This document shows, in pieces, positions 34,499 through 45,035 of a stretch of 64,000 bases of DNA; within the stretch, counting starts at the first letter, position 1, and every line of letters begins with the position of its first letter. The notes below the pieces were generated by a model. It worked only from the letters and a program-made list of their open reading frames with translations. It searched no databases and had not been told where the DNA came from. This DNA comes from Perkinsus chesapeaki ATCC PRA-425 (Eukaryota; Protista; Perkinsozoa), in contig JAAPAO010000086.1 of assembly GCA_013115145.1 (NCBI GenBank), positions 22,761-86,760 of the forward strand, in the 5' to 3' direction. Position numbers and translations under genes: made by a program.

Positions 34499-36791
34499 CT
34501 ATACCAGCCAAGATGGTAACGCCCACTTGAGCAGGTAAAGAGCACTGTATGCCCATGGTACTCTATACGACGACGAGGAGCAGGAGAGGGAGGCATCCTG
34601 CTTCAATGCATACTCCATCATGACAGCCACCCTGTCTACAGGGGAGCCATGCCTGTAGTTTGTAGCTCTAATATAGTTCACGCAGCGCGATACGAATAGT
34701 AGTTCCCTCGGGAAAGCTTTGGTGTCCTCGATAAGTCTTTGCCATTTTTCTTTAATCTTCTCCTCCTTTTCGGCTCTACTAAGCCTCGCCCACTCTGCCT
34801 GTCTGCGCTCCTCATCCGAGTCCTGCCAACCCCGGAGCTTCCGCAATCGGCTCATCATCATAACCGAGGCGAGCATGTCGAAGTCTTTCACGCCCCAAGA
34901 TTCACAGATCGACCTCAGAGCTTGCCGATCTCCCCGAGCGATTGCACACCAGAAATTAATATACTGCTCTCTGAGAGTATCCGGGAACTCCGTATAAAGA
35001 CCATGATCGATTAGCACCTGAGCTGCAATCGATCTTGAAATCTTACTTTCCGCGATAGCGCCGAAATCGCTATTCGCTAATTTTGCGAATCACTCCATCT
35101 TTCTGCCGACACCCGCCGTGTGTCTATATCAAAAATGAGCTAAATTACAGAGTATTATGAATAGGAGACTCCCATACTAGGCACATCGGACAGATGCAGC
35201 AGGAGGGGATCGATATTACTATTTGATGGGGCTCATATGACTGCCAAAATCTCCTTCTCTTCATGGGGTGATGTCGAACCAGTAAGTTGCCAGGATGGGG
35301 ATCGCAGTGTACCTACCAGCTACGTCTCCACCATAGACTTTTGCCGACCCTACAAGCCCGGTGTTGAATATCTGATAGGCAAACATCTCCGTACAGTGTC
35401 TAACGGTCTGACTAAGGTCAACTCCAAGCACCGCAGCATCAGTCACTTTCACAGCATCATCGATCCATTCGGCCACTATGGCCTCTTCACTGGACCAGTA
35501 AACCTCCGGAACATAAACGTGCTCTTTAAGAGGGGACTTCGCGAACTCTGTTTTGGCCCTATCAGAATTTGCAGCTTCATTTCGAAGGTCCATCTCTTGT
35601 CTGAATTGGTCCTTAGTAAAGTCGTATGTCCACAGCATTGGTATATCGAAAGACTTCTCCAAAGCCCATAGAATGACCCAATAGGCCCGAAGGTCCCAAG
35701 CAACTTGGAACGTCACGCTCGGCTTTCGGAGCTTCACCGCGACACTGGTGCCAGGAGAATCTTTGAGACGCGCCTTGTGGACCTGTTGAGAGTGATCCGC
35801 CCGGAGACAGGCCGAGGGACGTTGGGCACAGAGATAAGTTAATCTAACTACTATCAGGAGCAATCAATAGATTTTCCGTGAGTATTCCGAGACAGCAGAC
35901 GTCTTATCAAGGAACGAGCATTCCTCTCGATACTGAGCAAATACAAAGTAGATGGGTGATGGATGACCAAGCTCCGATATCTTGTCCAATAGAAGAAACG
36001 ATAAGACCATAACCGAAGCCAAAGAGGAATACCACGGTGCCTAGGGTGCTCTGCGCCGCTATACGAAGGATGGATTGACTTACCTGTGCTATAGAGGCAC
36101 TGGCAACAGGATCCATCTCGAAGTCTTGGATGACCTGGTCTACTCCAGAGTCTCTAAGTAGTCGAAGGACCTCATCTAGGGCACTAAGTAGCCTAGCATG
36201 ATTGGAGCACCTCACTTTGATCCATCTCCAGTGCCTTATCATGAAGCTCTTCTAGAGGTTTATGCATTTCCTTTGGCAAAGCTACTTCCAAAGAGCATAG
36301 CACTTGCCCTATTTTGACGTATCTGAAGACAGTTGTTCAACTTACTCTAGGGGCAAATCAACGTTGATTATCCGGAAATTACGCCCATTGGAGATCATCA
36401 GAATACAGAAGATACGAGGCCTGGTGAAAAGTCTGAAGCTCTGAGAATCTTTTAAGATACTTAAGGCGCTCTCCAATTAAGATAATGAAAACCGCAAGTT
36501 CGCTTACAAGCCTTCATTCGTCTTGCAAGTGTCCACAATCCTTCTAGCTACTCTCTCATGGACCTCCGACGCATTATCAGCATTCCATACTCTCTTATAT
36601 TGCCACCATATGAACGCACCACATTTAACAGCTCTAAGACCTAAAAGATACGCCTTTAAACTGAGCTAAAAGATTCCTTTAAGCTCACTTCGACTGCCAA
36701 CACAGTAACAGTAGTTTTCGTCTATATAATAGGCAGCGCCAGCGCCGGCCAAGGCAGCTAGAGAGGCCTGACCCGCCAGCCTACCTCGCAT
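34499..36791 (-). CDS. ABC1/UbiB (AarF-domain) atypical kinase, ADCK1-like, probably mitochondrial
   Basis: MRGRLAGQASLAALAGAGAAYY; VARRIVDTCKTNEGL; PVASASIAQ; VAVKLRKP; EMDLRNEAAN; YVPEVY; LIDHGLY; stop at 34499. Confidence 0.9.
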
Positions 36792-37212
36792 ATAGTAATA
36801 AAAAACGCAAGATCAGCTAAAATCAGAAACTGCATCGCTCCGCTAAAGAGTGACGCATGTTTGTCATAATTCTATTTTACGTTGTTGTTGGTAAGGTGAC
36901 ATGAGTGAGACTTCTTTCCCTTTGACTAGTTAGGCATTCACCTTACTTAGGCTCTCACCTTAACACCAGATCTTTGGAAGGACTCGTCGAAGGTGGGTTC
37001 ACTGAGCTCGGTACTGCTGTCGGTTCTGGAAAATAAGGAACCATGTAGAGTACCGTATTGTAATGAAACTTCTTATTAATCAGTCAGCCAGGCTTGGTAA
37101 CGGCAAACCAAGAGACAAATACTTTATAATCTCATACCGCTCCCCTCACAAATATGCTTTGTTATAAGGCTTTTAATGTGGCTCAGGGCATTACTTTGTC
37201 GTATCTTCCTGT

Positions 37213-40200
37213 ATGGCTACCCCAGAAGATGCGTCGGCTCCCTTACTGGACCCTGCTTTACTGGGATTGGATGCCGACTCTATTGAAGGCGTGGGAGGGA
37301 CTAATAACTTGATAATGCCCTCTGGAAGCAGTAAGGCGGCTGTCAAAAAACAGGAGGCACCGAAAGAGAAAATGAGTACTAGGGGAAGCGCATTGGGCCT
37401 GCGGTTGCACCTGAACTGACCTCAAAAGTATCTTTCTGGGCAGTGAAGTGATATCATTAGGTAAACGGAAAAGGAAGAAGTTGATGGAACTGCAACAGCG
37501 AGCGGAAAGAGAGGCCAAAAGGTAGTAGGTTAAGTATGAAATACCGCAGTGTCGTATTTGCGGAATATCGTATTATCGATATTGTATATATATTTTCGGG
37601 CAAATGTGAAGTAATTTGATAATATCGCAGTTTCGGTAAGTGTGGTCGATATGGTAGGAAATTACAGTGTGAACCAAGGGTCATGTCGATATGGGCATTT
37701 CACTGCAGAATTCGGACGGCCGTCTTGTCTTTCGTAGACTTCGGGAAAAGGTACTAAAAAGGTATCTTCCTCAGATTAGCTGTACTTGATGAGCTCAAGT
37801 CTCATCAACTATCAAGTGCCGAGAAGGCTAAGATGCATGCCGTGGCTGATACAGGGGTACGAAGGAGACGACGTGATGATAGTAATAGGGAACTAGGGGC
37901 ACTCGGAAGGAATGGCGCTGATAGGTGTGGGGCTGGCTAAACTTGAAAAGAAAAGACAGAAACTGGCCGAGCTAGCGGAGCTCAGTGATGGTGACGTAGA
38001 GCCGCCATCGAAGCCAAAGCCAGTTCGAGGTGTCCCTAGGAAGATCACTGCTGCTCACATCAATACTGGAGCACAGGTAGCTCCATGCTTGGACGAGACC
38101 TCTGTTTGATGATCTGGTCCGCTTCAGGAACCGCTAACTGGCAGGTTGAAGAAAGAATTGGCACCAGTGAGATCTAAAAGGCCGACGGGCCCTACGTATC
38201 CTAGAATTCACGTACGGCTGGCCGGCCTGAGTGATGTGACTTGGGTGGATCTGTCAGGTCCATCGGTCAGTCGAAATTGAGAAGCAGCGAGCGAATCTTC
38301 CTGCGGTATGGCCCCCTCGTTGGGCATCATTTGACGTGAGGTGTGCTGCTGCTAGGTTATGATGGAGACAGAGATAGTCGATTGTGTTATGAACGCTGAT
38401 GAAGGCGTTAGCATCGTATGTGGAGATACCGGCTGCGGCAAGAGTAAGGTATCTGGGTCATGCGTTCATGAGGGAAGAAAACTGTTAAAACTGTGGAATT
38501 CCTTTTCACGGGACTTGCAGGGCTAGTCTGATGAAGCTGCATACTTCTTCATGCCGGTCCATTGTGCCTCTCAATAACGTATCTGCTATGGCGCGGAAAT
38601 GCGGCTGTTCAGCTCAGGGTTCCCAACAGTTACTGGTATGGTGGGAGCATCACTCTGTCAGGTACACAAGTCCCTCAGTTTATATATGAAACCGGTGTTT
38701 CTAAGTATTATGGAAAGCTAATAGGAATGACTCAACCCAGAAGAGTAGGACTCACCTCTTACTGTTCTTTTACAGGCTTTGGCAGGTAGCCGCTACTTCT
38801 GTAGCCAAGAGGATCTCCGAGGAGCTTGGTCCTGACCAGGACGGTGTTGTTGGGTGAGAAGCACTGATGGGGTTCGAGTAAGGATGTGCTGCGATAGGTA
38901 CCAAGTTCGATACGACAAGTCGATGTCCCCGGACAAGATGCAGCTTAAGGTCATGACCGATGGTATCCTAATGAGGGAGGTAGGTGAAGGACAGTCTTGG
39001 CGGTTTGGGTGTAGTTGGTCTTCTCAGATACAGAGTGATTTCCTACTCACTAAATACTGTGTTATTATTATTGATGAGGCCCATGAAAGATCGATTAACT
39101 GCGACATCCTCCTCGGCATGATCAGTCGAGCCATCAGTAACAACGCCTTCTCCACCTGATTTACGTATTGTTCTCAGCGATGAGGGCGGAGCGAAGCATG
39201 CCTCCATTACGTCTGGTTATTATGAGCGCAACTCTCAGGCTTACAGACTTCACCCAGAATGCGGAGCTCTTCCCGAAACCTCCACCTGTGGTAGGACAGC
39301 TGCAATGGTGTTTGTTGGTGCTCTTCATGGTGGCGATAACTGGGAGTATTAGGAGACTTACACGATAAATTCTTGGAATTTATTTCTGCGTCTCACAGCA
39401 TCAATAGAGATATTTTTCATAATGATTTGGGGAGAATAGTTTAGAAGTCACCCGAGGAGGGACCTGGTCTCGAGTGTCATTGGCAGGTTCAAATAGATGC
39501 CCGAACTCATCCGGTGACGGTACACTTCGAACGACGAACGGAACAGGATTATATTAAAGCGGCTGTTAGGAAGGTCCGCTTGATACATGCCAAGTTGCCT
39601 AGGGGATCAATTCTGGTAGGGAGGAAAAATGGAGGTGCCGGGATTTGAACCTGCGCGGGTTTTAGGTATTCGTAACGGGCAAGTCTGAGATATATGAGAT
39701 GTGTGAGGCATTAGGAGCCAAGCCACAGAAGAAGAAAGAGTCTCATAGTCAGTACATTGACAGTGACCAAGAGGATGAGGAATCGGACGATGATGAAAGT
39801 GACGACAAGAACATGCCCGATGCTACTCCTGAGTCTGGTACGGAATCCTGTCATCTAACCGAAGCTAAGCTTTTCCACTGTCAGACGCCTCGTCGTCGCC
39901 GCCGCCTCAGAATACCCGCGATGAGAAGAGCATCGGCCCAGCTGCATTCAAACTGTCGGAATCGGAGCAGGTGGAACAAATTATCTTGGAGAAAGGTGGA
40001 GCTGATCTGTGTCGTCGGTGCGAAGATACTTTTATAGGTTGCAAGAAGGCATCCTCGTCCTCGGCAGCAGCTCACAAGGGTGGATCGGCGGACTTCATTG
40101 GTTCAGCCTTTGGATCTGGTCGGCTCGTTCCCATACCTCTTTACGCACAAATGTCCACAACTAGACAGGCTGAGGCTTTCGTATGTGACGTTTCTCCATG

Positions 40201-42443
40201 TCGCTTGAAACGCCTTTCCCTGTTCAGAGGAAACCTCGCGACGACGAGAGATTCGTTATCATAGCGACCAACGTTGCCGAGACCGCTCTGACTCTGCCGA
40301 ATATCCGATACGTACGTTCGCGGCGGCAGCGGCTGCTGCCGGTAGCGGCTACCATCTCGAGCTCCTCGAATAGGTGGTGGATACTGGCAGAGAGAAGAAA
40401 CGAGTTTATCGCAACGATGGGGTGTCGATGTTCAAAGTTGGGTTCTGCGCCTCTAGCTCTGCCGATCAACGAGCAGGTCGAGCTGGCCGTGTTGGTCCTG
40501 GTCATTGCTATCGACTGTAGGTGTCATACCACTCTTTCTCCTCATCGTGGATAACTTAGATACTCTGGAGCTGTCTATGGCGACACAATGCCCGACTTCC
40601 CTCTCCCCGAGATAGCGAGCGGTCAGCCATTGGATGACACTGTTCTAATGATGGCCAAGATGGGTGTGTTGATCATCATTCTTGACTCCCCTCCCCAGGA
40701 CCTCCTCCTCCTCAGGCATCCCTCGATTCCGGCATTTCCCCTGGCCCACGCCTCCCCCAGCAGCGGCTGTCATACACGCTGTCACTTCCCTATCACAGTT
40801 GGGTGCCGTCCATCGTATTGGCATTAGTAACGATGAGGTTGCCATAACTCAAACCGGTGAAGCTATGTACGCCCGTGCTGCTGGCCATAGTCCTCTAAGG
40901 CATGGGATATTTCAGATCTAACTTCCCAGTGGCCCCTCGCCATGGGTGTATGCTCATCCACGCTGCCCACCTCCGAGATGTCAACAGCCCAGAGTGGAGG
41001 GATGTACTCGTAAGCTCCTCCTTCTTATCAAGCTTCTCGACATGAGAGGATCTATCTTCAGATTATGGTCGTTTGTGTCGTAGCGGCCCTCACTGTCGGA
41101 GATATCTTTGTGCCTCCTCCACAGGAAAAAGTTGACGCAGACAAAGTAACCTGGCAATTCGCACCCCCCCAGCAGTCCATTTCGTTAGGTTAAGCTGCCA
41201 GGGTGGAGCAAGTGCCACTCCGACATCGAAGCTCTGCTGTGGTCTCTAGGTGGATACATGTGGACCAAACCTGCTGACCAAGACGTTTTCTGTGAGACTG
41301 TCTTAGGCATTTCCACGTGTTGATTTCTCCTCTGTCAGGCGTCCGCCATCGGTTGCGATCGAAAGCGTTGAGTGAAGCCGCCAGTCTGAGTCGCCAATTG
41401 CTGGCCCAGATGGACCATTTCTTGTAAGCCATCCGGTTGTTTATGTCACACGTAACTGCTCAGAGGCCTCACCGATGCCGAGAAGATCTTTAAATGTCGT
41501 CCGAGGCCCCCCACTCCACAGCAGCTGGCGCTGGTCCACGAGAGCGTCACCAGAGGGCTTATTGATCACGTTGCGTAGGCGGCGGCTGTCTCCGCCATTG
41601 GTGACGATAGTGCACTTATCAGGTGCAAGTCGACTCTTGATACTCGCTCCTACCTGGCACCGGGCCACATGGTCATCTATATCCATCGGGAGTCCCTCTA
41701 TTATCGTCGACGGCCCAGTGAGTTCGCCTACACCGAGATAATAAAGGCCAGTGACTCTCGAGGGAAGAACGTTGCCAGGATTTGTACCGATCCCGAAGCA
41801 CGCCGCAGCCCGTAGTTACGTTGTTTCTCAGGCGTTGCCGTTGATACGGACTTCCTCGCCCGCCTGGATTGCCCAGAGCTGGTGAAGCGCGGCACACCAC
41901 TGAAGATGCCGGTAATAACAGCAGTGCTGCCTAGTCGGGTGATGCCTGCCTCAGCCGCCATTCTACTCGGCATCGAGCGACAAAGTGACAGCCCATTTCA
42001 CACCGGTCTACATCCCTCTAGAGATGCCTCTTCCAACTGTTGGCATTGAGCTATCTACTCTCGACCCTTTAAGCTTCAAGGTTTTCGCGTGTGCCATATT
42101 GCAAGGTAGCGGTGGTGGTGGTGTAGTGCTGCGACAAATGATGCTCACTTTTGATTAGGTAAAGTGTTCCCTAAACTCCTCAAGTATCGGTCATCGCTGA
42201 TCTCCCAGCCCACCATGGAGCACGCACGGCTGCTGCCGCTAGTAGGCCTTTCAGCCTTTCAATCGTCTCTATTACATCGGCCCTCCTCAGGTAGAGTCTC
42301 TACGGCGATCCAGATGCGGATCTCGCCGGGAGCTGGAGAAGTTATGGCTCACGAAGCCTGACGTATTGAGGATAGAGTGCGAGTCGTGGTATAATAAGTC
42401 GGTCCAGAAGGCCATTGAGAAGATGTGGCCTCCAGTTGAGTAA
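37213..42443 (+). CDS. DHX37: DEAH-box RNA helicase DHX37/Dhr1 (SSU processome)
   Basis: GDTGCGKS; TQVPQF; GMTQPRR; MTDGILMRE; [20 protein letters not shown]; LVIMSATLR; ATNVAET; QRAGRAGR. The C-terminus GKVFPKL...EKMWPPVE* is typical of Dhr1. Confidence 0.9.
39630..39659 (-). pseudogene. tRNA 3'-end fragment (T-arm/B-box + acceptor 3' strand) inside a DHX37 intron
   Basis: The minus strand reads CCCGCGCAGGTTCAAATCCCGGCACCTCCA followed by TTTTT. It lies in the 50-nt intron 39616-39665. No 5' half of a tRNA is present. Confidence 0.5.
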
Positions 42444-42598
42444 AGATGTTCAATTGCTGTTGATGTTCATTACGTAATCATACTGTCCATCATTTTAAGT
42501 TTCACTGCACAAGAAGGTTTTCTGAGCTCCCTTCAATTGCCCAGCGGCGGCGGGGATTGCTGGAGGGGTTTGCCGTTAGCGTTGATAACTCCGATCAC

Positions 42599-43089
42599 AT
42601 GGGACTCTGGCAACAGTCGATGGTGAAGTGCGCCGACAACTGCGGCATTTTCAAGGCCGTTATCATCGGTATGCCCAAATGGCATCACTCACGAGGCCGA
42701 GTTGGATACGCTTTCCGAATGGCAGTTAGAGATAAGGTCTGCCAAAATGATACCATCTCTCTGAAATTGATCGCTCATCAGAGTCGAGAATACCGAGGAG
42801 AGAAGCTACCGAGAGGAATTATTGTGAGAACTAAGCAGCCCATTAAACGGAAGGATGGCTCGACGATCAAGTTCGATGAGGCAGGCTGCTTCGCTGGCTC
42901 CGCTCCTCGTTGCCTACTGTATCGTATGCTTCAGAATGCCTTCATTGCTATTAGCAACAACAAGCCTCTTGGAAACAAAGTGAAAGGCCCAGTGACTTAC
43001 GAATGCGGTCATTCTGTCAGGTGAGGAGGGAACCTTGTATCATCTCATACCAACTTTTCCCCAGAAATATGGCAAGATGGATCTTCTAG
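42599..43089 (+). CDS. rpl14: Organellar (probably mitochondrial) ribosomal protein uL14, nuclear-encoded
   Basis: MGLWQQSMVKCADNCG...GIIVRTKQPIKRKDGSTIKFDE|NAFIAISNNKPLGNKVKGPV...RNMARWIF*. Three introns, the second with a GC donor. Confidence 0.88.
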
Positions 43090-43190
43090 GTTCCGGCAAG
43101 TACATGGCAAGTCAGTTTCTGTTGGACGTGCCTGTTGTGTTAACCGACTTACCCCAGAGCCTCCAGTTTTTCACTGATTTCGTAGCAATC

Positions 43191-44513
43191 ATGGTCGTCC
43201 CCGCTTCCTCCAAGGTATGCTGTTTCCCCTCTCGATCGCCGCACACACTGGCGCGCTGTTCAGGCCAAGACCGATTTTATCCGCTTCGGTGGAGTTCCAG
43301 AGCACTTTAATGCTCCTTTCCAGCGACTTCTCCAGCGCCAATCCAAGGCAGCTGCTGCTGCCGACGGTGACCGCCCTCAGGTATCAGCCTTCTGGCCATG
43401 ATTAGACGCACTAACCCTCCTTAGTTGGCATGGCGAACGTATCCTGGTGGCAGCGGAGCGATGCTAAATGCAGTTATCTCAAAGGAGGTCGATTGCGCCT
43501 GCGTTCTCACTGAATCTGCAGTGGCGCATATAATAAAGAATGCTGATAGTAAAGACGGTGTAAAGATACTTGGTAGGCTGGAGTTACTGGTAGGCACCGC
43601 CACACCTCTCTTGAACCCTCAGGCACTTATGTAGCCTCACCGCTGGTGTGGGGCGTCCATGCCTCGGCCAATCGCCCAGAAGACTCTAAGAGCAACATCT
43701 TTGGCATATCTCGAATGGGCAGTGGATCACATATCATGGCTCAAGTGGACAGCGAGAATGACAAGTCGGGACAAAATGATCCCGGGTTCAAGGTATCTGC
43801 CATTCTCTCCGTTGGATCATGAACAGGTTGATAGCAGGTGGTGAACTCCCTTGATGGTGCTGTTGAATCTATGGCCAAGGGTGATATAGATTATTTCATG
43901 TGGGAGGTGTTCACCACTAAGTAAGGCAATCCAGAGGATTAACAGATGATTAACCTATTACTGAGCCACTTATTGCTTGCATCATCAGGCACCTGGTCGA
44001 TCGAGGTGAATGGCAGCTCGTTAGGAAGGTTCCCGCGCCGTGGCCGGCCTTTGTTTTCGTGGTAAGGTTACGTCACCGGTCACTCTGAGTGTATCTCTGG
44101 GGAAGCAGGTCAGGAATGACATCCCATCTGAGCGCCTTGCCGCTACTAAGGAGATCATCCACATGGTTTACGAGCAGATAGAGGACATGCTGAATGACCG
44201 AGAGAAAACTCTCAAATTCATATCTCAACTGTGGGATTACTTTCCCTTGTCATTTCCCGGAGGCCAGTAGCGGTCAGATATAACATGTCATTGGAGGACA
44301 CTGAAAACTGGATGAAGGACGTGAAATGGCAGTGCGATACTCAAGTTGATTATACGGTATAGAGGCAGCTATCCGTAACCGTGCGCCATGTTTTATTAGG
44401 CTTTGGGGTTGGCCCGAGATGTCCTGCGCCGCTGTGGAATAATTGACAAGGAGACCGATGCCACTCCTGATGACCTGGTTGTTACTGGCTCATGTGCTCT
44501 CGTGGGATCTTAA
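43191..44513 (+). CDS. Periplasmic-binding-protein type 2 fold protein, NMT1/THI5-like (Ca3427-like group)
   Basis: IRFGGVPEHFNAP; YPGGSGAMLNA; LTESAVA; SPLVWGVH; GISRMGSGSHIMA; FMWEVFTTK; APWPAF. This motif series is characteristic of the family. Confidence 0.8.
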
Positions 44514-45035
44514 ACTTATCAGTCTCTAGACCCATTTAGTTGAGGAGGAATTTTTCTGGTCATTGTCTTGTTCTTGTTGAAGTCTCCACGGAGGGGAGCG
44601 ATAGTCAACCGAACACTAATGAACTGCTTACAACAGACATCACAGCACACTCACTTTTGCACACGACAGATGGACGACTAATGGAGCGAAACTCACTCAT
44701 GCTTAAGGTTGCAGGTAGTCAATGGTGGATATACACCACGGTTCAACGAACAGGTGTCGTGCATGAAATATGTGCACTCGTTGGCGTAAGAGTGAGCAAA
44801 CAGATTCTGCAGTTATCAGTTTATGATAACCGTATTAGGATTTCCAAGAACCATTTTCGCTGACAACAGCGGAGTCGTGCTAACCAACATAGCTTTATTT
44901 TAATCAATACTAGGATGGAGTAGTTCTCACGCTACAGGCCGTGCTGATGTGTAACTTAATGACACAACTCCCTAAAGTCTGACGAAAATCAGTCTTCTGA
45001 ACAGCAGTTGAAAGCAAGTCGATTAAATCGCACAT

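Noticed and set aside
39484-39497. GCAGGTTCAAAT, similar to a tRNA T-loop
   Set aside because: Lies at the start of a DHX37 coding exon (QVQIDAR) and has no acceptor-stem context.
43736-43746. TGGCTCAAG, matching the 3' end of the spliced leader
   Set aside because: Inside the coding sequence (IMAQV) of the PBP2 gene; expected by chance.
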